In this document: positions 41,797 through 51,725 of the stretch, piece after piece
How positions within the stretch are numbered: the stretch's first letter is position 1
Layout: each line of letters starts with the position of its first letter
From: a virus
DNA length: 64,000 bases
Reading direction: 5' to 3' (one strand)
IMG/VR virus record: IMGVR_UViG_3300009082_000017
Coordinates: 1 to 64,000 of that record
Translations under genes and position numbers: made by a program
The notes under the pieces: generated by a model
What the model was told of the DNA's origin: nothing
Databases searched by the model: none
The model's input: only the letters and a program-made list of their open reading frames with translations

Positions 41797-42147
41797 CTAT
41801 GTTGACCTAATCACAAAATCAAAGTCTTGAGCAACATCAGTTTGCAATACAGGAGATGCACTCGTTCCTTCTCTTGCTATTACATAATTCCATGGATAAA
41901 AATCTGTAGGTTTTAAAGAATATGCTCTGGCATAAGATCCTGTGGTTATACTAACTTCTGTGCTTGTACTATCATACAACGGATAATAAGTGTCCCCTTT
42001 GTCTGATACTAAAAAGGTAATAGACGTTGCCGTGAGATGGCTTCCAGAAATTTGCATACCCGAAAGCATCCATTGATTCAACATAAGAGATGCAGATTGT
42101 GATTGCCCAACAGCAAAAGTTTTTGTTACATGTGAAATAGCTGTCAT
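41797..42147 (-). CDS. Small beta-rich hypothetical protein (possibly virion)
   Basis: ITFLVSDKGDTYYPLYD; GGAGG SD. Confidence 0.5.
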   Translation of the reverse strand: MTAISHVTKTFAVGQSQSASLMLNQWMLSGMQISGSHLTATSITFLVSDKGDTYYPLYDSTSTEVSITTGSYARAYSLKPTDFYPWNYVIAREGTSASPVLQTDVAQDFDFVIRST

Positions 42148-42205
42148 AATATCCTCCTTTTCTTGCTCATGATATTGTTATTGTTCAAATTTTTTTATCT
42201 TATTT

Positions 42206-42526
42206 CTATTCGCTTTCTTCTTCGTTATTACTATAACCCCTCTTTACAATACCCCTCAAATTAGAAGCTAACTTAAAACTAACACTTTCTGTTTCTGGAA
42301 TTAAAATTTTTGTTTTTGCCCCCTTGATTCCTGGGGTTGGTTTGTTCCCCTCATGTTCTGGGGTGGTGGAGTATTGGAGTTGACCAAATCCACGAATGGA
42401 CAAATCTACTCTTTTTTTTATAATATCGTGTAGTACTTCTATTAGTGAGTTTAGTATATCGTTACATCCCTCTTTTGTATACCCTGATTTTTCGGAGAGG
42501 GCGGTTATAAATTCTTCTTTTTGCAT
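42206..42526 (-). CDS. hup: HU/IHF-family DNA-binding protein
   Basis: MQKEEFITALSEKSG...LSIRGFGQL...KILIPE..VSFK. Confidence 0.8.
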   Translation of the reverse strand: MQKEEFITALSEKSGYTKEGCNDILNSLIEVLHDIIKKRVDLSIRGFGQLQYSTTPEHEGNKPTPGIKGAKTKILIPETESVSFKLASNLRGIVKRGYSNNEEESE

Positions 42527-42625
42527 TTTGGGTTCCTTTTATTGTTCCTTTTTTAGTTTTAGATATAATTGGTATATATTACCATTAAAGTAGAAAAGTA
42601 CCTTACTCTGTATAAGTATATCTTA

Positions 42626-43405
42626 TCAATGGTTTTCTTGCCAATATTTTTTAGAATTTTCCCTTATTGCGTCTTCTCTTTTTTCTTTATAGCATTCTTT
42701 ACAAAGATTATGCATTTTAGATTTTTCATCTTTTTCTAATGTTTTCTTACACTTCTCACAAAAAATTGGAAGGTATTCTGATAAAATATTTATATCATCT
42801 ATAATCATTTCGATATCAGAATCGTTATTTATAATACACACTTCCCATGTTCTAGTATTTATTTCTGTTGCCGAAATATAACCAGATTCAGCATCTAGGA
42901 AATGTTTCATAATTTTTATTCCATCATTTGTGACTCCTACTTTTGCAATTCTTGTTATCTCTCGCATAGTCTGATAACAATAATATTTTTGACTTTCTAC
43001 TTGTACCTTATTTTTTTTATATACTTTATTTTCTTTCGAATGTTTTGCAAGAACCAACATCACAAATAAAACTTTAGCATACTTATATGGAAGATTTCTA
43101 ATAATATCCATTTCTGCAACAGTTACAATAACGTCATTACAAGTTTTTAGATTATACTTCTCTGCTGACCTTAAAGCATATGCTATGGTTTCTCTATGGA
43201 TTACCTCATTAAAATTAGAACTATGTTCCTTGCAGAAATTAATTAATTCTTTTTTTAATTTTATGCCTGTAATACCAATAGAAAAATAATATTTTGCAAG
43301 TGTCGCTATTTCATATCTAGTTATCGTTCCAGACTCAAATCCATTCTTTAAAATATCCTGTGCTTTTGCCAATTCATCAAAGGTTATTTTTCGATGAGAT
43401 GCCAC
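42626..43405 (-). CDS. Hypothetical protein coupled to the RNA polymerase gene, C-terminal zinc finger
   Basis: Overlaps the polymerase stop; CEKC...CKEC. Confidence 0.6.
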   Translation of the reverse strand: MASHRKITFDELAKAQDILKNGFESGTITRYEIATLAKYYFSIGITGIKLKKELINFCKEHSSNFNEVIHRETIAYALRSAEKYNLKTCNDVIVTVAEMDIIRNLPYKYAKVLFVMLVLAKHSKENKVYKKNKVQVESQKYYCYQTMREITRIAKVGVTNDGIKIMKHFLDAESGYISATEINTRTWEVCIINNDSDIEMIIDDINILSEYLPIFCEKCKKTLEKDEKSKMHNLCKECYKEKREDAIRENSKKYWQENH

Positions 43406-46080
43406 AAATCAACCCTCACAATCTCATATTTTGATCCCATATAATCTATATATCCATCATTAGATTTTACAGGCATTATGAATTTTCTATTAGAATATTC
43501 TTTCAACACTTCAACCAAATCATCACCAAAAACATCCAATAAAAATGATGAACCAAATTCACTTCCCCAATAAACTATTTCGTCTGAAGAAGTTACAATA
43601 GAATCTGATTGTTCGCGTAACCACTTCATCATTTCTTGGAAACCAGATGAACTTGACTTATAGTTGATCTGCTGTTTGAATTGTCTGTACTTTTGATATA
43701 GGTTTTCAAGAACCACTTTATTCTTTTCTTTATATTCGATATTGTTATCTACTAAACTCTTAAAATCAAAAGATTTTAATTGATTATTCTTTTTTAGTTC
43801 TTTTACTTGTGATTCCATGTAGTGACAAATTTTATTCATAACACAATCAGAGTCTAGTAATGTACCAAAACGATAATAGTTACTAACAATTCGTGATTCT
43901 TCTTCATTTTTGTTTTCTTTATTTATGATATGGTTTAAGTCTCCATCGAATTTTGATTCACAATAATTATTATAAGTATCTAAGCGTTCTTTGTACTCTT
44001 TTTCATAATTTGGATATAAGTATCTAAAGAAATAAGGTCGTTTATCACAAATAGTACGATGATGTAATTCTTTTAAATGTAATTCTTCTGGTGTTTCGTC
44101 TCCGGTTATCTTTTCCCATTTTGTCCAATATTTAGGAACATCCATGGTTTGGATTCCTTTTGCACGATCTATTTCCATAGATTGAAGACAATTACAAATT
44201 TTTAGACGGTTTAAAATTTCGTTGTATTCTTCCGAGCCTTCTTCAAATTGAGATAGCATAGCAAAGAATTCTGTACCAAAATTAGTATAGAGACCTATCC
44301 GACCTTTGAAGGTTTTTATATCGTATTCCCATAGTTCGGATTCTACTATAATTTTCTTTTCTGCGGTTTTCCTATTATACATAGGAGGAAGAAAATCTTT
44401 TTCAGCATAAGCGCATTCCAAAAATTCTTTCTGATCTGTAGTCAATAAAATATCACCGTCGAAATCACAATTGCTCATCTTTAGAGCATCTATGCCATAA
44501 ATATTAAATACTATGCCCGTATCAAGATACTTGTACCAATACTTTAAATCTTCATTATTTTTTATATTTAATAAATTTGATTCCGAACGCCACGTCATAG
44601 GACTTCGTATTGCACAAACTTTAGAAATATTTTTTTCGTTCCAGAATTGGCAAAAGCTTTCTCCATCACTCAAAATACCTTTAGTTTGTAAACCTAGCGC
44701 CCATTCCGCTTGAGCAAAAGGGTCGCTGACGAGGAATTGGTAATTACCATTTAAAAGCAAAACTCCCAAATAACTTTCTTTTATTTTTTTATTTATTAAT
44801 CGTTGTATCTTATTTTGAATTTGTTTGTCATTAATAAGTTTAGGTTCTAATAATAAAGATTGAAGTAATGGATTGTCTAATTTGTTAAACCAATCTTCGC
44901 CAATTCTGCTTTTATCAATATCTCCCATAAGGAAAAGAGTTGTATAAATCCAATCATTTCCAGTTACATTATTAAACCAATCAACTGTTTTTTTACACAA
45001 TCCTTCGACTTGTTCTTTTGTTTGTATATTTAGATTCTGTAAATATTGATAGGTGGAAAAACAGTGCCCCTTCTCGGAAGATGGCTTAATGCTACAGCGT
45101 GATATTCCAAACGAATAGTCTAACTCTTTACATTTTTCAATATATTCTTCTGTGCTTTTATAAGATTGATACATTTTAAATTGTGAGACAGAAATAATTG
45201 TGTCAATACTTTCAATAGGATATTGATTTCCGTAAACATCTTTAATTGTTTCAATATTATTTCTTCTTGCTAATTCGTGAAAGTCAAATGTAACTAACAA
45301 ACCCTTTAGAAAACCGTCTCTTATAATAAACTCTGATGGAGTATAGTCAAGTTGTAATTCCGCCCCCCACTGTTTTGATCTTTCGGGACTCACTAATCCC
45401 TGTCCATCAAACAAATTAAATTTTGTATTTTGTTTTTCAGGATATACTAAAGGATCTTTGCTTTTATTTCCATCATCATGTAAAAAGTCTACTTCAATTA
45501 TTTTTTCAATTTCACAATCTGGTATTACAACAAATTTTGGAACTGACACTCGAAGTGTAGAAGAACTAGCTAAAGCCAAATATGCAGAATATTTATTTGG
45601 GACTAATGGAATTGTTTCGTCTCTTCCGCAATTTAAAAATTTATGCAAATCAGAAAAAATTTCTTCCGTACAAAAAAGAACGGTGCTACGGCGTGCCATT
45701 CCCGCCCCAACTAAAAGACGAACATATTTTTTGCCATTAATCCAAATACCACCTTTGCCTATAATTGTTTTATAATGTCTGGAATCATCAAATTCTATAC
45801 TAATAATATCTTCTATATAAAGTAATTTATCTAATTGTTCATTAATAAAAGAATTTGACTTACGTTTTTTCTTTTTACGAATTAGATCATCAACTTCTGA
45901 TTGATTGTAAGTTATATTGCGTATTCGTTGAATTGCGCGTAATAATTCTGAATTTGATAAGCGAATTACTTCCCCATTTTGTCTTGCTTGGTCTAGAGTT
46001 AATTTTTCTATTTTATATCCGGTATCTCGAAGTCTGGATGAACTAAACTTGAGAACGAAGAAGCTCTGGATTTTCTTAAT
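43384..46080 (-). CDS. yonO: YonO-like single-subunit DNA-dependent RNA polymerase (898 aa, ATT start)
   Basis: Catalytic DFDGD, FDGQG, IR..FLKG, RSP, EIDRAKG. The frame is open for 127 codons upstream of the 45699 ATG, to GAGGTG-agct-ATT. Confidence 0.87.
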   Translation of the reverse strand: MKKIQSFFVLKFSSSRLRDTGYKIEKLTLDQARQNGEVIRLSNSELLRAIQRIRNITYNQSEVDDLIRKKKKRKSNSFINEQLDKLLYIEDIISIEFDDSRHYKTIIGKGGIWINGKKYVRLLVGAGMARRSTVLFCTEEIFSDLHKFLNCGRDETIPLVPNKYSAYLALASSSTLRVSVPKFVVIPDCEIEKIIEVDFLHDDGNKSKDPLVYPEKQNTKFNLFDGQGLVSPERSKQWGAELQLDYTPSEFIIRDGFLKGLLVTFDFHELARRNNIETIKDVYGNQYPIESIDTIISVSQFKMYQSYKSTEEYIEKCKELDYSFGISRCSIKPSSEKGHCFSTYQYLQNLNIQTKEQVEGLCKKTVDWFNNVTGNDWIYTTLFLMGDIDKSRIGEDWFNKLDNPLLQSLLLEPKLINDKQIQNKIQRLINKKIKESYLGVLLLNGNYQFLVSDPFAQAEWALGLQTKGILSDGESFCQFWNEKNISKVCAIRSPMTWRSESNLLNIKNNEDLKYWYKYLDTGIVFNIYGIDALKMSNCDFDGDILLTTDQKEFLECAYAEKDFLPPMYNRKTAEKKIIVESELWEYDIKTFKGRIGLYTNFGTEFFAMLSQFEEGSEEYNEILNRLKICNCLQSMEIDRAKGIQTMDVPKYWTKWEKITGDETPEELHLKELHHRTICDKRPYFFRYLYPNYEKEYKERLDTYNNYCESKFDGDLNHIINKENKNEEESRIVSNYYRFGTLLDSDCVMNKICHYMESQVKELKKNNQLKSFDFKSLVDNNIEYKEKNKVVLENLYQKYRQFKQQINYKSSSSGFQEMMKWLREQSDSIVTSSDEIVYWGSEFGSSFLLDVFGDDLVEVLKEYSNRKFIMPVKSNDGYIDYMGSKYEIVRVDLWHLIEK

Positions 46081-46123
46081 AGCTCACCTCTCTGTATTGT
46101 ATTTTTTATTGATTTATTTTAAG

Positions 46124-46363
46124 TTATTGTAATTCGGAGTGTTTAAAATTTACGCTTCTTTGAATGAATTTTCTGTATGACATCTCAGCCCACGTAAATT
46201 CAAACTCATCATAATTACATTCTTCTAATTCACAATCCCAAAACTTACATTCCTGTTTCCCTTCACAACAATTACAATCTTCCAAATCACCCTCTTGACA
46301 AACTACATAATCTGTGTTACTATTACTCTCTAAATTGCTACTTACGCCATTATAATTTTCCAT
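46124..46363 (-). CDS. Small acidic Cys-rich protein
   Basis: 79 aa with 6 Cys, upstream of the RNA polymerase gene. Confidence 0.4.
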   Translation of the reverse strand: MENYNGVSSNLESNSNTDYVVCQEGDLEDCNCCEGKQECKFWDCELEECNYDEFEFTWAEMSYRKFIQRSVNFKHSELQ

Positions 46364-46428
46364 TAAATATTTTTCTTAGAAATAAATAAAACTATCTAAA
46401 ATATATCCTCCTTCCTTTCTATAATATA

Positions 46429-46581
46429 TTACTTACGAATATTGTGACGGATTTGTTTTCTAAACCGATAAGGAATACCACCACTCATCGAACTGCGCCC
46501 AGTACGTTTACTACTATTGTTATTAGGATTATTGAACAAGATTGATGCGCCTATAAAAATTATTAAAGCTATTACCCACAT
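46429..46581 (-). CDS. Small single-TM protein (50 aa, absent from the ORF track)
   Basis: MWVIALIIFIGASILF...; AAGG SD; first ORF after the 46674 promoter. Confidence 0.4.
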   Translation of the reverse strand: MWVIALIIFIGASILFNNPNNNSSKRTGRSSMSGGIPYRFRKQIRHNIRK

Positions 46582-46645
46582 AATTATTTACCTTATCCCT
46601 TTCTATATAGAAATATAACAAAAGAATTACTTTGTTATTTCTATA

Positions 46646-46756
46646 AGTCTATCACACTTTTGCGTTTTTGTCAAGGGTTAAATAGAACCAATTTTCTATG
46701 TTCAATAAACTGTAATGTCTGTAGACCTTGACAAATTCTTAAAAGTGTGTTATACT
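46646..46756. promoter_or_regulatory. Divergent sigma70-type promoter pair (RNA polymerase arm vs helicase operon) with a LexA-like box between
   Basis: Minus: TTGACA (46674)-17-TAGACT; plus: TTGACA (46728)-17-TATACT; AGAACcaatTTTCT at 46684. Confidence 0.72.
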
Positions 46757-46893
46757 ACTCTTACAAAAACTGGACTAGATTATGTCTATGGGTGCATCTA
46801 TGGATATAATGACAAACTGGTGTTGTCTCCGCGCCAAGTCCAGTATTTTATTCTTGGAGATGATTTATTATTTAAGTAAAGGAGAAAATAATT

Positions 46894-47103
46894 ATGTATT
46901 ATATTGGTGAAGTATTGTTTGAAGATTTAAATTGGAAAGGAAAGCCTATGGTTGAGTTGTGGAATGATACGTGTTATTCTTCTGAAGTTGATGCAAAGAA
47001 AGCATTAGAAAGAATAAAAGAAGAAACAAATCGTTTAACTCTTCAAATTGTTAATGATAAAAAATATGATGTTTATACCTGTTATCCATGGCTAAAAGAA
47101 TAA
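46894..47103 (+). CDS. Small hypothetical protein
   Basis: AAGGAG SD; first gene of the plus-strand operon. Confidence 0.55.
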   Translation: MYYIGEVLFEDLNWKGKPMVELWNDTCYSSEVDAKKALERIKEETNRLTLQIVNDKKYDVYTCYPWLKE

Positions 47104-47106
47104 TTC

Positions 47107-48594
47107 ATGACACGACAATATATATCAGATATAATAAATCAAGAAGAAATCTCTAGGTGGTCTCCCAAGGATAGAATATTAATAGACGCTCAAACTGGCT
47201 TTGGTAAATCTCAATTTGTTAAGAACGAATTATATAATTATTGTAAAAAGAATGATAAAAAAATATTACTTCTTTCAAATCGTAATGCTCTAAGAAGTCA
47301 GAATAATGAGGAATTAAAAGAAAATAAATTAGATGTTATTGCTTTAAAAAACTATCAAAATATTGAAGCCATGGTATTGTCAGGATCAGAAATCGCATCT
47401 TTATTTGAACCTTATGATTTTATAATTTTTGACGAATGCCATTATATAACATCTGATAGTAACTTCAGTAATACAACCGACATTCTTTTGTCTCAACTTA
47501 AGAATCCTTTATCAGATAAAATATATATCTTTTTAAGTGCTACGACAGATGCTATTCTAACATATGAAGATACTTTTGATTTTACATATATCATTCCAAA
47601 AGATTATTCCTATATTGAAAATTTATATTTTTATTCTAAAGCAGAAACCCTCAATAATATTTTAGAAAAAATTCCTTATGAAGAGAAAGTTATATATTTT
47701 GGGACAGCCTTAGAATCTTTAGAACTTAGTTTATTGTTTAATGATTCTGCATTCATGTGTTCTGAAAATAATAGAGAATTCTATAGAAAATCATCCAAAA
47801 CTGTAAGTCAAGATATTGGAGAAAATTCATATTTTAAACCAAGAATGTTATTTACAACAAAAGTTATTGACAATGGTGTCAATATTATAGATGCTCAGTT
47901 AAAACATATAATTATTGATTTGTTTGATCCTATAGATGTCATCCAATGCTTGGGGAGAAAGCGTGTCACTGGTGTTAATGATAAAATTAATCTATATATA
48001 AAAAATTATCATGGCGGAGAAATTTATCCAAGGATACAAAGAATAGATGATAAATTAAAACAAGTACAAGAATTGGAAGATTTGGGCAAAGAAGAATTCC
48101 AAAAGAAATATGCTAGATCTGCATTTGATTCTGTTATTAGAAATAACTTTGAAATCAATGAAGCCAAAATGATTTACTATAAATATATTCGATCTATTTC
48201 TTTAGATATGATTTCTAATAAAGATACTGATGGATACAAAAGATTTATATCTAAGAAATTAGAGATTGATTTTGATAATATAAAAATAGCAGAAGAGTAT
48301 TATGAGAAAGAATGTTTGTCTGATATTCTAGAACAATATATAGGTAAGAGAATTTATAAGGGAGAAATTCAAGAAGCATTTAAAGAGAAATTCTTTAATA
48401 AATTATTTGATCCAAAAAGAAGATTGGACTATAGAAGTAGAGGATATAATACTATGAATAATATTTTACAAGATGATAATCTTCCTTATTATATTACCAC
48501 TATTTTAGATAGAGAGGCACATAGTCAACACAAAGGAAAGAAATATTGGATTGTAAATAAATCTATTCCTCCAATAGAGGTAATGGAAGAATAA
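47107..48594 (+). CDS. Superfamily 2 (DExH) helicase, possible origin-binding initiator
   Basis: QTGFGKS, DECH, SAT, TKVIDNGVNI, QCLGRKR. Confidence 0.8.
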   Translation: MTRQYISDIINQEEISRWSPKDRILIDAQTGFGKSQFVKNELYNYCKKNDKKILLLSNRNALRSQNNEELKENKLDVIALKNYQNIEAMVLSGSEIASLFEPYDFIIFDECHYITSDSNFSNTTDILLSQLKNPLSDKIYIFLSATTDAILTYEDTFDFTYIIPKDYSYIENLYFYSKAETLNNILEKIPYEEKVIYFGTALESLELSLLFNDSAFMCSENNREFYRKSSKTVSQDIGENSYFKPRMLFTTKVIDNGVNIIDAQLKHIIIDLFDPIDVIQCLGRKRVTGVNDKINLYIKNYHGGEIYPRIQRIDDKLKQVQELEDLGKEEFQKKYARSAFDSVIRNNFEINEAKMIYYKYIRSISLDMISNKDTDGYKRFISKKLEIDFDNIKIAEEYYEKECLSDILEQYIGKRIYKGEIQEAFKEKFFNKLFDPKRRLDYRSRGYNTMNNILQDDNLPYYITTILDREAHSQHKGKKYWIVNKSIPPIEVMEE

Positions 48595-48599
48595 ATAAT

Positions 48600-49900
48600 T
48601 ATTAGTAGAAATAATACAATTTTTAAAAGTCTGCCATGATAACAAGTGTACACACTAATTAACTGGTTCTCCCATATTTTTATAAATATGTCATTAAATT
48701 ACGTAAAAGCTCTATATAAGGAAATACGGAAAAACATGACAAATTTAAAAGACTATCCCTATTAAATCACCATAGTTTCCTAACGGAAACGCTTACCACT
48801 TAATTAAAACGAATGGCGAAAAACCTGCCATTCGTTTTAATTTTAAAATAAAAAACGACAAAGAGCAAGAGCGTCGTTTTTTATTTTTAGTTAATATGTT
48901 ATTTTTTTATTTGTAGTAGTAGTAAGAGATGTAAGCCTATACCTATACATAGAATCTAATACTATATACTCTATCCTAAAGTTGTAAAATAGGGGTAGGG
49001 TATTTTTTATTTAAATTTATTTAATTTTATCATATTTTTATAGATATAGGGTCGAGAAATACACTAAATCTATTCGATACATGAGGTTATCGAGAAAAGT
49101 ATATGTAAGGTATTGGTATAGGGATAGGGATAGGAATAATATCGAAATCCTGAGAAATATGATGTCTGGTTAGGGATATTGTGGATATAGGGTTATGAGG
49201 ATAGGAGTGAGATATTTGTAGGGATTTATGATGGAATGGGAATAGGTATAGGGTAAGGGTGTGTGAGTGGAAGTGCTATCACGGTTATAGGACATGTGTT
49301 CTAGTCTGAATTTGTAAAGTACCCCCACCTTATTTATATTTTACATAGTGATTATAAGTAATAATCTATATGACAATAGCAGGATCCTGATTATCCTGGC
49401 GGATCTGTAATGAAATGAAGATTTTATAGGATAAATGTTCTATAATATAGGGTTAGGCTGATTTTACCGGATTCGAGTAACAAGCAACTTATAAGAGAAG
49501 TATTATACTATACAATGATACAATAATACAATGATACACTATAAACATTATACTAACACTATACATATAAATATATTATATTACACTGTATAGTATAAGA
49601 TAATAAACTAACACCATACCATACCATACCATACCAATCATACTATTATAACCCTAACACTATACTTATATACATTATACTGTATTATACATAGTATATC
49701 GTTATCCGATATATAAAACTAATCATATACTAATCTATATATTCTCAATCAATCAATCAATTAATCAATCTATTTATCTAATCCATTCCAGAAACTAATC
49801 TAATTACTAATCACTAATCACTATACACTAATCCTCAACTAAACTTAAAACAAAAAGACTAGATTTTACTCTAGTCTTTTTATACTCTATTCGATTGTCA
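48600..49900. repeat. Non-coding low-complexity region with hairpins and short tandem repeats (origin or terminus candidate)
   Basis: Hairpins at 48804-48842 and 48849-48885; G-rich tract ~48980-49300; C/A-rich tract with (ACCAT)n at ~49612-49635 and (TCAA)n at ~49745-49770. Confidence 0.55.
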
Positions 49901-49914
49901 ATTGAATTATTTTA

Positions 49915-50292
49915 TTATCTGGCTAATGAATGATCAATCATAATCAGATAATAACCTATTGCTTCCAATGAGTAAAATTTATTAGCTTTGTAATTTTGAT
50001 TATCCAAAAAACCTATTAATTCGGATGTAGAGACTGACAATACCGGATTATTCTCATTTTGAGAATAGCGATAATACAATTCTTTTTCTTTAATTGTAAT
50101 CTGGAATTCCAGTCTATAACCTTTATTTTCAATTGTAAAATTGAAATAATTATACTCTTCATGATATTCGATATTAGAATACCAGTCAATACCAATTTTT
50201 TTAGCAAGTTTAATTGCTTTGGCTTTGGCTAAAATTGCATTATCTGAAAATTGATTATTCTCAAATTTTGAATCCAATAAGTTAATTTTCAT
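49915..50292 (-). CDS. Hypothetical protein
   Basis: GAGG SD; promoter TTGACT-17-TAGACT at ~50366-50333; terminator at 49851-49881. Confidence 0.6.
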   Translation of the reverse strand: MKINLLDSKFENNQFSDNAILAKAKAIKLAKKIGIDWYSNIEYHEEYNYFNFTIENKGYRLEFQITIKEKELYYRYSQNENNPVLSVSTSELIGFLDNQNYKANKFYSLEAIGYYLIMIDHSLAR

Positions 50293-50474
50293 TTTTTCCT
50301 CTTTTTTGAATGATTGATTAATTACTTTATTAAGTCTATTATAAGCAATTAAAATATAAAAGTCAATCCTTTTAACCTTAAAAAATCTAATATTTTAAGA
50401 ATTCTAATTTAAATAAAAAATAGTCCAGTATAAAAATACTAGACTATTTTTATCCGTGTAATTATTATTTATTT

Positions 50475-50765
50475 TTATTCCAACTTTACAACCTGACACC
50501 GACAAAATACTGCGGATGTAGTGGTATATTTCTTTACAACATCCTGACCGGTATTATCATCATGTTTAACACTACTTCCGATCACTGGAATTTTAATACC
50601 ACGCTCGCCTTTTTTAACTATATATCCTTGCGATTTCCAACGGTTAAAAGTATATACATCCTGATAAGGAATACATCCGCATGGTAACGCATTCGCAACG
50701 GTTAAGGCATTGTATATTGAGAATCTGTTAAATTGTGTAGCTTGTTCTGAAGTCATGGTTGTCAT
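50475..50765 (-). CDS. ArdC N-terminal (DUF1738-like) ssDNA-binding domain protein
   Basis: VYTFNRWKSQGYIVKKGERGIKI...VFCRCQV. Confidence 0.7.
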   Translation of the reverse strand: MTTMTSEQATQFNRFSIYNALTVANALPCGCIPYQDVYTFNRWKSQGYIVKKGERGIKIPVIGSSVKHDDNTGQDVVKKYTTTSAVFCRCQVVKLE

Positions 50766-50782
50766 TTTATTTTATCCTTTTT

Positions 50783-50980
50783 TTAAATAATATTACTACA
50801 ATAATTCAAATTTGATTGATTAATTTGGCCCTCGTAATAATTCGCATCATGCAATACAGTATGAGTTTTTCTATATTCTAATTCTTGAAAATACTTATTA
50901 ATCTTGTTTTTTCGTTCTAATTCTCTTTTTTCATTTTCTTGTTCCCACTTCTGAGCAACTGTTAATTTTTTGTTTTTCAT
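50783..50980 (-). CDS. Small hypothetical protein
   Basis: AAGGA SD. Confidence 0.5.
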   Translation of the reverse strand: MKNKKLTVAQKWEQENEKRELERKNKINKYFQELEYRKTHTVLHDANYYEGQINQSNLNYCSNII

Positions 50981-51512
50981 GATATTTATCCTTTTTTATA
51001 TTGAATTGTAAAATCATTCTACCATATAAAAAACAAAATACAATACCTTAAACCTTAAAAAATCCATTTTAAAACATTTTTTAAGAATTCTAATATAATA
51101 ATAAATTTGATCATTTCTAGCCTTATATAGTAGAATAACCCATAAATACAATACACCCAATTTAAGGCATCCAGAAGCCATTTTTAGCGATTTTATTATT
51201 GCAAGGTATAAAATACCATAAATGATATATAAAACGATTACAGGCATTCCCACGAACCGATTTAAGGTTGTTCTATAATTCGTTAAGATAATGTTCTATG
51301 TTTTGACTATAAAATGTATCATTTTAGAACCTAATCTTAACAAAAGTTGAATATAATTTTGGTATTAGAATTAAAAAATAAGATTGATTTTAAAATAAAA
51401 TTTTAAGGTTGTTCTATAAGATTTTTTAAGGTTGTTCTATTGTATGTTCTATTTTGTTTTGATACAATGATTACAGATTAGAAAATAATTCAAATTTCAA
51501 GAAAGGTTAAAA

Positions 51513-51725
51513 ATGACTAAAAAAGATTACATCCAATTTGCAAAAATTTTAAAAAATGCTAGAGAACATACAAATACACAACCATTTTTTAACGATGCTG
51601 CAAAAATTAGTGCAAATATGATCATTAATAAAATTCAATCTGATTTAATGGAAGTCTTAAAAAAAGATAATCCGACATTCAATAAAACAAGATTTATTAA
51701 TGCTTGCTATCCTGATAATAAATAG
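51513..51725 (+). CDS. Early hypothetical protein
   Basis: MTKKDYIQFA...DNPTFNKTRFINAC, a common small phage protein pattern; SD and promoter upstream. Confidence 0.65.
   Translation: MTKKDYIQFAKILKNAREHTNTQPFFNDAAKISANMIINKIQSDLMEVLKKDNPTFNKTRFINACYPDNK

Noticed and set aside
32995-46080. Inteins in the terminase or RNA polymerase
   Set aside because: Lengths are normal, and no C...HN-(C/S/T) splice motifs or LAGLIDADG blocks were seen.
51014-51253. 79-aa hydrophobic minus-strand ORF
   Set aside because: It has no SD, has low-complexity AT-driven composition and lies in the divergent promoter region.
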